From a virus (Duplodnaviria > Caudoviricetes), in IMG/VR virus record IMGVR_UViG_3300011339_000683, positions 1 through 35,732 of that record: a stretch of DNA of 35,732 bases; one strand, 5' to 3'. Below are positions 26,241 to 33,099 of this stretch, in pieces. A program made the position numbers and the translations under genes. Every line of letters begins with the position of its first letter. The stretch's first letter is position 1. The notes below the pieces were generated by a model that saw only the letters and a program-made list of their open reading frames with translations, had not been told where the DNA came from and searched no databases.

Positions 26241-26592
26241 CGGCGTTCTCCATGGAACGAAGGGCCGCGATACAGAGGGCGATGGCGGGGGTGGAGGCAG
26301 ATAAACGCGGCACATTTCGGCACGGCGTGGGAAACTGGTAAAGTTCAACCCACGGCCAACCTGGGCGCGCACCGATGACAGCGTGCCACCCTTCCGGCAC
26401 CAGCGTAAGCGCGGCGTCGATGCTGGCGGTGTAGCGATCAACCCGGATGTGATCGCCTGATGCCGAATACCAGCCTTCCATATGCCGCTCTGGCTTAAGA
26501 TCAGCATACACGCAGCACATGATTTCTTCGTCCAACTCCCGATCCGGCCCCGTCGCCGTCTTCATCGCTACAATCAGTTCATCGCGCGTCAT
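26233..26592 (-). CDS. Phage ABA-sandwich-like protein, paralog A
   Basis: ATGPDRELDEEI...YTASIDAALTLVPEGW...TPAIALCIAAL; AGGAG RBS. Confidence 0.7.
   Translation of the reverse strand: MTRDELIVAMKTATGPDRELDEEIMCCVYADLKPERHMEGWYSASGDHIRVDRYTASIDAALTLVPEGWHAVIGARPGWPWVELYQFPTPCRNVPRLSASTPAIALCIAALRSMENADG
26393..26433 (-). repeat. 41-bp inverted repeat arm (partner 31654-31694)
   Basis: 40/41 identity by manual alignment. Confidence 0.85.
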
Positions 26593-26878
26593 CGGCGTTC
26601 TCCTGGTTGGCGGCGAGCATGGCGCGGGCGCGGTTGACGACTTCCATATCCGCCGCTCGTTTCCGGTCCATGCTGGGATACCCGGTGCTGCTGCCGTAGT
26701 GCGCCGCAATGTGGGCGGCGAGATCGTCGGCCAGCTCCTGAAGCAACTCCCTCGGCACCACCGCGTAACCGGCGGCGGAGAGGGCGGCCAAGTAAGCGTC
26801 GGGGCGCTTAAAGCGAACATCATCGGGCCAATGGCGCGGCATGTTCATCGCATCCGCCAGCACATCCCGCGCGCTCAC
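26579..26878 (-). CDS. Hypothetical protein
   Basis: GTGA-coupled; LAALSAAGYAVVPRE pattern. Confidence 0.65.
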   Translation of the reverse strand: MSARDVLADAMNMPRHWPDDVRFKRPDAYLAALSAAGYAVVPRELLQELADDLAAHIAAHYGSSTGYPSMDRKRAADMEVVNRARAMLAANQENADDAR

Positions 26879-27150
26879 GGCGTCACCGCCAGCGTGGCGG
26901 TGCCGACCCGGCGCCAGTCGGGCGCGGGACGGAGATCGGCTTCACTACCGGCGCGGTACCATGCCGCCATACCATCCTCGTGTTCCCACAGCCCCAGCGT
27001 CACCGTTTCCACCGGCGTCGGGGCGGGGAGGGCGTCTAGGGCTTCAAACGCCCAGAATAGCGCCATCGTGGTCGTGCCGGTGCTGTCCACCAGAGAGCGC
27101 GCCGCCTCCGCCACCGCCTCCAGCGCGGCTAGTCGTGTGCTGTCGGTCAT
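26875..27150 (-). CDS. Hypothetical protein
   Basis: AGGAGG RBS before ATG 27150; LEAVAEAAR pattern. Confidence 0.65.
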   Translation of the reverse strand: MTDSTRLAALEAVAEAARSLVDSTGTTTMALFWAFEALDALPAPTPVETVTLGLWEHEDGMAAWYRAGSEADLRPAPDWRRVGTATLAVTP

Positions 27151-27160
27151 GTCACGCCTC

Positions 27161-27622
27161 CTAGAACGGGATGCTTTCGCCAAACGGATCAGACGGCTTG
27201 GCGGCGGCGGCTGCGGCGCGCGTCGGTTGCACATGCGGCGCATCGCTAGACACGACGTAATCCATGATCTTGTTGCGCTTGATCTTGGCCTTGGCGTCAA
27301 TGCCGAGTTTGACCTTCACCGACTTGCCCTCAAGCTGCCACGCCTCAAGCGATCCGGCCTCGTATGCCGCGCTAAGCCCGGCGGCTTCGCAGCAGTGGCG
27401 CAGCTTGTAGGCCACGGCTTCCAGCACCCAATCGAACACCTGGCGGGTGGCGCCGTCTTCCGGGTGATAGACCTGCAACGTCAGTTCGATCATGTCATTG
27501 CCGGCCTTGGACAACTTCTCAATAGCCGAAGTAATCTCGGCATCATAGACGCCGGGGGGCCAAGCGCCGCGCTTTTCGGCCTCAGCGCGGATTTCATCTT
27601 CGCTCTTGGGGGTAAACTTCAT
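27161..27622 (-). CDS. DUF669-type single-stranded DNA-binding protein
   Basis: PPGVYDAEI...SKAGNDMIELTL; C-terminus ...GESIPF; next to the Sak4-like ATPase. Confidence 0.8.
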   Translation of the reverse strand: MKFTPKSEDEIRAEAEKRGAWPPGVYDAEITSAIEKLSKAGNDMIELTLQVYHPEDGATRQVFDWVLEAVAYKLRHCCEAAGLSAAYEAGSLEAWQLEGKSVKVKLGIDAKAKIKRNKIMDYVVSSDAPHVQPTRAAAAAAKPSDPFGESIPF

Positions 27623-28512
27623 GACAGCTTCTCCTTAACCACGTTCAACAGTTTCTCGATCTTGTCGGCGTCCATATCGTCCAGCCGCTCCACATTGGCG
27701 CGGGTGAGGACGGCGGACAGCCAGCCATCGGGCATCTTCACCACTTCAAGCAGGCGGTTCAGTTCCGCCACCTGTTCGGGTGTCGCCACCGCCACCGGGG
27801 CGGCTTCCTTCTCGATCACGCTGCGGCCGTAGCGGTCCGCAAACGTCTCGTAGGTCCACGCGAACGTTTCGCCATCAGGGAACCCTTGCAGGCGCGACTT
27901 GGTGACGCGCGCAATGCGGGACGTGCCGCGCTTCTGAATGTTCAGCGCAAGGTGCAATTCGTATTCCAGCTTATCCCAACAATCGAACGTCACGCCGACT
28001 TCCGCCCGTTCGCCCTTGGCGTCCTGACCCCAAAGTGGTTTTTCATGGGCAATCAGGATCACGTTCATATCCAGCCGCACCAGCCACGAAACCAGGCGCC
28101 GCATGTAAGCAACGGCGGGCTTCTTGTCGGCACCGAATGCGTTCTTGTCGCCAAGCCGTTCGCCTTCGCGGGTGATTTCCAGCGTGTAAAGTTTGGAAAT
28201 GCTGTCGATCACCAGCGTGCGGAAATGGTGCTTCTCAGTGGCCAGCGCCTGCACTTGTTCAAGCACCGTGGCGAAATCAAGCGAACCTTGATCGGGGCCA
28301 AGGTACACACCGCCGCTACGTTCCAGCTTGTCGGTGTAATGCGCCAGATCGGCGCCGCCTTCGGTGTCGATGTAATAGACGCTGGGGAAGTCCAGCGCCT
28401 GCCACGTCTTGCCCACACCGGGCTTGCCAAAGATCAGCACTTTAGGCTTGGATGGTTCCGCAGCCTTTGGCGCTACCGCCTTGAGCTGGGAACGTGGCGT
28501 TACCGCGTTCAT
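27619..28512 (-). CDS. Sak4-like AAA_24 ATPase (phage recombination protein)
   Basis: Walker A GKPGVGKT, IDTEGG, Walker B TLVIDSIS, ILIAHEK. Confidence 0.8.
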   Translation of the reverse strand: MNAVTPRSQLKAVAPKAAEPSKPKVLIFGKPGVGKTWQALDFPSVYYIDTEGGADLAHYTDKLERSGGVYLGPDQGSLDFATVLEQVQALATEKHHFRTLVIDSISKLYTLEITREGERLGDKNAFGADKKPAVAYMRRLVSWLVRLDMNVILIAHEKPLWGQDAKGERAEVGVTFDCWDKLEYELHLALNIQKRGTSRIARVTKSRLQGFPDGETFAWTYETFADRYGRSVIEKEAAPVAVATPEQVAELNRLLEVVKMPDGWLSAVLTRANVERLDDMDADKIEKLLNVVKEKLS

Positions 28513-28526
28513 TGTGTCGTATCCTT

Positions 28527-28733
28527 CTACAAACCAAATTCCGTCGCAGCACGGTCAAGCAACGCAGCCCATGCCGCCATGCGCTGAGAAAGCGCGGTCA
28601 ACTCGGCCTCGGCTTCTGGCTCCCACAAAACCAAATCCATGATATCGGCCATGTCGGAAACTTCCTTGCTGGCCGCGTGTATTTCTTCGGCAACGCGGCG
28701 CAGGCTGGCAATGGCGGGCGGTTCTGCGTTCAT
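28527..28733 (-). CDS. Hypothetical acidic helical protein
   Basis: TGATG-coupled start at 28733. Confidence 0.6.
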   Translation of the reverse strand: MNAEPPAIASLRRVAEEIHAASKEVSDMADIMDLVLWEPEAEAELTALSQRMAAWAALLDRAATEFGL

Positions 28734-29014
28734 CACCAAAACTTCCACTTCTTCGGCGCGGGTTTGATGGCTACGGGGCGGGCATCCTCGCCAAGATCAT
28801 CCGCAACGGCATCAAGGGCGAACACCAGGCACCGCAAGCTGAACCGCTGGTTGTCGTTCAGTCGCTCGTATTCGCCCGCAATCAACGCACCATCGAGTTG
28901 CGCCGCCATCTGCCTGATGCGAATGCGGGCCGGCGCGGTGTCATCCATGATGGCGCGCAGGGTGGGGCTGGCGACGGCGTGTAGGGTGTGCAGGGCGTGG
29001 GTGTGGGGGGTCAT
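28733..29014 (-). CDS. Hypothetical protein
   Basis: GGAGG RBS, ATGA coupling. Confidence 0.65.
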   Translation of the reverse strand: MTPHTHALHTLHAVASPTLRAIMDDTAPARIRIRQMAAQLDGALIAGEYERLNDNQRFSLRCLVFALDAVADDLGEDARPVAIKPAPKKWKFW

Positions 29015-29172
29015 GTGCGGTCCTCCGCGAGGTCAATCAAATGCATGGCGCCGATGCTGACGGTGCCGCCGACCCATCCGAACCACCACGCCCATGCCGG
29101 GAACGTTACGCCGGTGGCATACGACACAAAAGCAACCACCAAAGCCGCCGCACATTTCTTGAACATGTTCAT
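29011..29172 (-). CDS. 53-aa membrane protein (not in ORF track)
   Basis: MNMFKKCAAALVVAFVSYATGVTFPAWAWWFGWVGGTVSIGAMHLIDLAEDRT; ATGA-coupled both sides. Confidence 0.6.
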   Translation of the reverse strand: MNMFKKCAAALVVAFVSYATGVTFPAWAWWFGWVGGTVSIGAMHLIDLAEDRT

Positions 29173-29504
29173 GGCGCGTCACCGTTGATGCGGGCGAGGA
29201 TGGCTTCCAGGGCATCGCGGGTTGCGTTCCATAGCCGCGCGTAATCCGCATCGGACATGTCACCAGCCGATGACGGGTGCAGCGCGTCCATGGCTGCGGC
29301 GGTCTGCTCCAAAGCCTCCGCCATCGCCGGGGCTTCTGCGATCAGGCGGGCGTCCGCCTGTTTTTCTGGATAATCACCGTCTTCAAGAATTTGTCGGTGA
29401 TAACTACGGCCATTCGGGTTCGGTATCTCCATCGCTGGCGCGTCCACCCAAGTATCATTTGTGGTGTGACGAGCCCGCCAAGGCCCCGGCGTCCACTTCC
29501 CCAT
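29169..29504 (-). CDS. Phage early protein (TPGPW...ARLIA-x-AP family)
   Basis: WTPGPW and ADARLIAEAPAMAEAL motifs. Confidence 0.75.
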   Translation of the reverse strand: MGKWTPGPWRARHTTNDTWVDAPAMEIPNPNGRSYHRQILEDGDYPEKQADARLIAEAPAMAEALEQTAAAMDALHPSSAGDMSDADYARLWNATRDALEAILARINGDAP

Positions 29505-29680
29505 CACAGCGCACCCCCGAGGCAAATCAGCGCGGCCAGGCCAAACACAGCAGCAGCGGCGGCGTTCTTGGCGGCAAGCGCGGTGTCGGACAGCATCAGT
29601 TCAACGCGCACGTTGGTGACGAAGAACCAGAACGCGCCGGCGCACAGCAGCGCGGGGAGAAGGAGGGCGGGGTGGGTCAT
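29504..29680 (-). CDS. 58-aa two-TM membrane protein
   Basis: ATGA-coupled start at 29680; two hydrophobic stretches. Confidence 0.6.
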   Translation of the reverse strand: MTHPALLLPALLCAGAFWFFVTNVRVELMLSDTALAAKNAAAAAVFGLAALICLGGAL

Positions 29681-29919
29681 TCCACCGTCTCCCGCTTGGC
29701 CATCGCAATAGCCGCGCCAATGAAATGCGCTGCGATGCTCTCTGTGCCGTCCGCCAATCCTTCGTTCATGCACCACGGGCTAAGTCCTGCGGCATCAATT
29801 GCATCATCGCCAGCCTCAATGACCTGCCGCACTGTCAGTAATCGAACCAGCACTTCCGCGCGCTCCAATGCACGCAGCATATCAGGCCCGCAATCGTTCC
29901 ATGTCATCGGCTTGCTCAC
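29677..29919 (-). CDS. Hypothetical protein
   Basis: GTGA-coupled; PDMLRALE...AAIAMAK pattern. Confidence 0.6.
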   Translation of the reverse strand: MSKPMTWNDCGPDMLRALERAEVLVRLLTVRQVIEAGDDAIDAAGLSPWCMNEGLADGTESIAAHFIGAAIAMAKRETVE

Positions 29920-30161
29920 CGTCCCACCCCCCACACAGGCCCCGGCGCCGGCAGCCCCAACGGCAGCGTGAACGGCAGCGGCGGCGACACGACCTCGATC
30001 ATCTCAGCCAGCCAGCGCGCATCGGATGCGATGTGGTCGGCGAGCACGTCAGCCCACTTCGCGTCTGTTTCTTCGGCGTGCGCGTCGAGCAACAGCGCCA
30101 GATCGCGGGCTGCCTCGGCTACGTCGTCGGCGGTGTAGGCGCGCATGTAGGTGGGGGTCAT
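29916..30161 (-). CDS. Hypothetical protein
   Basis: ATGA-coupled start at 30161. Confidence 0.6.
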   Translation of the reverse strand: MTPTYMRAYTADDVAEAARDLALLLDAHAEETDAKWADVLADHIASDARWLAEMIEVVSPPLPFTLPLGLPAPGPVWGVGR

Positions 30162-30412
30162 GTGCTGGCCATCCGCTTTGTGACCACGCCAGCCGCTTCC
30201 GTTGACGACGCAACCCACAGCATCGCGCCGCCATCGGAACCCGTGACGTGGATGTGGTCGCGGGCCGCAATCATGTCTGCCGCCGGATCAAAGAAATGAT
30301 CGGCGCAGACATCGGCCAACTCGCCAACGTGGCGATAGACCCACAGCGTAAAGCCTGTGTTGTAGGCAAGAACGCCAAACCGGCGCAGGGTGAATTCCGG
30401 TTTATTGCTCAT
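30158..30412 (-). CDS. Hypothetical protein of an alphaproteobacterial (pro)phage family
   Basis: VLAYNTGFTLWVYR...FFDPAADMI motif recalled from Rhodospirillales proteins (not verified). Confidence 0.7.
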   Translation of the reverse strand: MSNKPEFTLRRFGVLAYNTGFTLWVYRHVGELADVCADHFFDPAADMIAARDHIHVTGSDGGAMLWVASSTEAAGVVTKRMAST

Positions 30413-30699
30413 CACCACGCCTCCCGCGAGGCGCGCGCCTGCTCAAGCGCCTTGTCCATCTGCTCAAGGAACGCCTCGGCATCGGCAACGAGGAAGTGGT
30501 GCGGCGGGATTTCCGTGCTGTCGAACCCCCACGGGTGTTGACGCAGGCTCGTCAACGACACCACCAGCCACGCGCGGGCCTTTTGCATGGCGTCGATATC
30601 GGCCGGCGTGGCGGCATACAGCGGCGGCTCTACGGCGACGATCGGGCGCTCGTAAGCGGCGGCGTAGGCGCGGCTGTCGAATCCATCTGGGTATGGCAT
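30412..30699 (-). CDS. Hypothetical protein
   Basis: GGAGG RBS, TGATG coupling. Confidence 0.65.
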   Translation of the reverse strand: MPYPDGFDSRAYAAAYERPIVAVEPPLYAATPADIDAMQKARAWLVVSLTSLRQHPWGFDSTEIPPHHFLVADAEAFLEQMDKALEQARASREAW

Positions 30700-30920
30700 C
30701 AGCGAGCCTCCCCACGGACGACGCTGGTGCCGGCGATGCGGACCAGTTGAAAGCGGGCGTTCTTAAGCGGCTGAAATTGGCCCGCCGCGCGCTTTACGCG
30801 AACACCGATATAAGCGGCTTCTGTGTAAGGCTTGGATGTCACAGCAAACAGCAGCCCGCCATTGTCGCGGATGATGCGCGCGGCGCTGATGTTGATGTTT
30901 GTGTTTGGTAGGCCGGTCAT
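30699..30920 (-). CDS. First gene of the leftward early operon, small basic protein
   Basis: GGAGGGAG RBS at 30926-30933. Confidence 0.7.
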   Translation of the reverse strand: MTGLPNTNINISAARIIRDNGGLLFAVTSKPYTEAAYIGVRVKRAAGQFQPLKNARFQLVRIAGTSVVRGEAR

Positions 30921-30947
30921 GTCGTCTCCCTCCTATCTGGTGCCACC

Positions 30948-30977
30948 ATCGTAGGCAGGGCCGACGCGACAACGCAA
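30948..30977 (-). promoter_or_regulatory. Leftward early promoter (PL-like)
   Basis: TTGCGT-N18-TACGAT on the minus strand. Confidence 0.6.
30950..30966. promoter_or_regulatory. Operator 1 (17-bp palindrome)
   Basis: CGTAGG-CAGGG-CCGACG, overlapping the PL spacer and -10. Confidence 0.75.
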
Positions 30978-30984
30978 TCGCTTT

Positions 30985-31001
30985 CGTCGGAAAATCCGAC
31001 G
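30985..31001. promoter_or_regulatory. Operator 2 (perfect arms)
   Basis: CGTCGG-AAAAT-CCGACG. Confidence 0.8.
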
Positions 31002-31035
31002 TTCACGAGATTTATTTTTGACACGCATTCCCCCG

Positions 31036-31064
31036 TTGCGCCGCGCGTCGGCATATCCTACGCT
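31036..31064 (+). promoter_or_regulatory. Rightward early promoter (PR-like)
   Basis: TTGCGC-N17-TACGCT; ATG at 31072 near the expected +1. Confidence 0.6.
31046..31062. promoter_or_regulatory. Operator 3 (17-bp palindrome)
   Basis: CGTCGG-CATAT-CCTACG, overlapping the PR spacer and -10. Confidence 0.75.
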
Positions 31065-31071
31065 GATGGGC

Positions 31072-31266
31072 ATGAACATTCGTGACATCATAAACGCCGC
31101 CGGGGGGCCTGTCGCGCTGGCCCGTCAACTGGGCATTCAACATTCGTCCGTATGCGAGTGGGACGAGGTGCCTGCTAAACGCGTGCCTGCGGTGTCGGCA
31201 GTTACGGGCCTGGCGCGGCACGTGATCCGCCCTGACATGTATGAGGCACCGTCTGATGGAAAGTGA
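31072..31266 (+). CDS. cro: Cro-like HTH regulator (YdaS/Cro family)
   Basis: IINAAGGPVALARQLGIQHSSVCEW..VP.......TG......RPD; first gene of the rightward operon. Confidence 0.85.
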   Translation: MNIRDIINAAGGPVALARQLGIQHSSVCEWDEVPAKRVPAVSAVTGLARHVIRPDMYEAPSDGK

Positions 31267-31492
31267 ATGGACCGTGGTCGCGCACAGCGCCGGCCTGTTT
31301 AGCTGGTCATTCGAGCACGGCTACGACGGCGCCAGCCTCCGCCGATCATCCGAACGCGGCGATATCGTCGTGATGCAGCGCCGGGTTTCTGACGGGTTCG
31401 TTCTCTGCATCCGGCCTGCCGATGCAGCGTGGCGGAAAGTTCAGCGCTGGTTGATGGCGCAGCCGTTGCCGATGCGGGTGGTGCGGCGATGA
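31256..31492 (+). CDS. Hypothetical protein
   Basis: GAGG RBS before ATG 31256; coupled downstream. Confidence 0.6.
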   Translation: MESEWTVVAHSAGLFSWSFEHGYDGASLRRSSERGDIVVMQRRVSDGFVLCIRPADAAWRKVQRWLMAQPLPMRVVRR

Positions 31493-31857
31493 GCATGACA
31501 CGAGATGAACTGATTGCCGCGCTGGAGAAGGCGACGGGGCCGAGTCGCGAGTTGGATGAAGAATTGGACCGCATCCGCAACCCGGACGAGTGGTTCATGC
31601 GCGATCGTCACGCGCTCGAGGGTAATTCTGTGTGGGGGTGGGATTCCCCTCATTACACCGCCAGCATCGACGCCGCGCTGACGCTGGTGCCGGATGAACT
31701 GTGGCGGAGCATTCTCCACGCGCCGAATGTGGGTAAGGCAACGGTATCTCTCCGCACGGGCGGTCTCACAGACCCTAACACTAAGGAATGGATGGGGTAT
31801 GCCTGCACCCCCGCCATCGCCATCTGCGTTGCCGCTCTCAAGGAGCGCGGCGCATGA
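31489..31857 (+). CDS. Phage ABA-sandwich-like protein, paralog B
   Basis: MTRDELIAALEKATGPSRELDEEL...YTASIDAALTLVP...TPAIAICVAAL. Confidence 0.7.
   Translation: MSMTRDELIAALEKATGPSRELDEELDRIRNPDEWFMRDRHALEGNSVWGWDSPHYTASIDAALTLVPDELWRSILHAPNVGKATVSLRTGGLTDPNTKEWMGYACTPAIAICVAALKERGA
31654..31694 (+). repeat. 41-bp inverted repeat arm (partner 26393-26433)
   Basis: TACACCGCCAGCATCGACGCCGCGCTGACGCTGGTGCCGGA. Confidence 0.85.
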
Positions 31858-32609
31858 GCGCGCATCAGCAACCCTCCCGTTCCCGACCCGCATTCGATCA
31901 GAAGTGGACGGAGGAAGAAGTCGCCATCCTGCGTGCGAAGTGGTCGGACGTGACCGTTTCCAATGAGGATTTGCCGAGTTTCCTCCGTGAACGCAGCCTC
32001 AAGGCGGCGCGCAATATGGCGCATTCCCTGCGCCTTGGCCCGCGCCCGAGGGTTCGCAGCGACAAGCCCGAAAAGCAGCCGATTAACTTTTGGTGCGAGG
32101 CAGAAGACGCAATCCTCCGCGGCAACTGGCACATCACCAGCCGACAGAAGATTGCCGAGATGGTTAACCGCACGGCTGATGCTGTGTCGCACCGCGCCGG
32201 GCTTCTGGAACTCGGCCGTAGCACGTATGCGCGTGAAATCGTTGCAGCACGCGCCAAGATTAGCATTGAAGCCGCCCGCGCAAAGCAGCCGCAGGGCATC
32301 GCGTGGAGCCCCGAGGAAGTCGCGGCATTACACCAGCACTGGCCAGACGTGGATGCCGTCCACAAGGCCACGGGGCGCACCTACAGCGGTGTTGAGCGCA
32401 AGGCCCGCGCCGAAGGTCTGCCGCCACGCACAGGCTACCGGCTGCCGTCGCCCGATGTGGTGCGGGGCACGAAGGAAGCGAGCCGTCTGACGCTGCGGCC
32501 CGATCCGGTGCCGAAGATTAAGCGCAACTGCCTGTGTTGCTCGCGCCCGTTTGAAGCGCCGTCGCGGTTTATCCGGCTCTGTGGGCCTTGCAAGGGGGAG
32601 AGGGGCTGA
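31854..32609 (+). CDS. Triple Myb/SANT(GcrA-N)-like repeat protein with C-terminal zinc finger
   Basis: WTEEEVAIL, WCEAEDAIL, WSPEEVAAL repeats; CLCC...F...RLCGPC; AAGGAG RBS. Confidence 0.7.
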   Translation: MSAHQQPSRSRPAFDQKWTEEEVAILRAKWSDVTVSNEDLPSFLRERSLKAARNMAHSLRLGPRPRVRSDKPEKQPINFWCEAEDAILRGNWHITSRQKIAEMVNRTADAVSHRAGLLELGRSTYAREIVAARAKISIEAARAKQPQGIAWSPEEVAALHQHWPDVDAVHKATGRTYSGVERKARAEGLPPRTGYRLPSPDVVRGTKEASRLTLRPDPVPKIKRNCLCCSRPFEAPSRFIRLCGPCKGERG

Positions 32610-32893
32610 TGGGCGCTTTAGTTGACTTGACGGGCCAACGTTTCGGCTGGCTGACCGTCACGAAAAGAAGCGGCGCGGCGAAAGACAAGCATGCAGTTTG
32701 GGAATGCGTTTGCGCGTGTGGCGTTACAACACGCGTTTCAAGCAACAACCTAAATTCCAAGGCGACCAAAAGTTGTGGTTGCAAGCGACGGATGCGGGGT
32801 TCTGCGTTTAGGTCAGGCGCGACAAGAAACGGGCGCGTCTCTGCGGGATTGACCAGCGCCATTGATTACAGCGACCTCCCGGAGGGCTGGTGA
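32609..32893 (+). CDS. Stand-alone Cys domain of the type found N-terminal in AP2/HNH homing-endonuclease-like proteins
   Basis: DLTGQRFGWLTV...WECVCACG...KSCGC; no nuclease domain follows. Confidence 0.65.
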   Translation: MGALVDLTGQRFGWLTVTKRSGAAKDKHAVWECVCACGVTTRVSSNNLNSKATKSCGCKRRMRGSAFRSGATRNGRVSAGLTSAIDYSDLPEGW

Positions 32894-33099
32894 TGACCGA
32901 CACCATAACGCCGGCGCTGCAAGCCGAACTCGCAGCCCGCGCTGCCGTGGGGATGAAGAAATACGGCGTGACCGTCACAGACAACCCCCTGTCCCGGCTG
33001 GAATGGTTGCAACACGCCAAGGAGGAAGCCCTCGATCTTGCCGTGTATCTGCAACGGTTGATTGAAGACGAGAAGCGCACGGGCGGGAGTTTCTATTGA
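32893..33099 (+). CDS. Small MazG-like (all-alpha NTP pyrophosphatase-type) protein
   Basis: GMKKYG...EWLQHAKEEALDLAVYL (EExxD motif). Confidence 0.55.
   Translation: MTDTITPALQAELAARAAVGMKKYGVTVTDNPLSRLEWLQHAKEEALDLAVYLQRLIEDEKRTGGSFY

Noticed and set aside
24615-27832. Long plus-strand ORFs (24615-25793, 26519-27832)
   Set aside because: Antisense shadows of a tightly coupled minus-strand operon with recognisable genes; no motifs; expected at high GC.
31018-31071. TTGACA at 31018 as the -35 of PR, or TTG 31018 as the cro start
   Set aside because: No -10 at 16-18 bp; the Cro fold begins at MNIRDII (31072) and TTGCGC-N17-TACGCT fits better.
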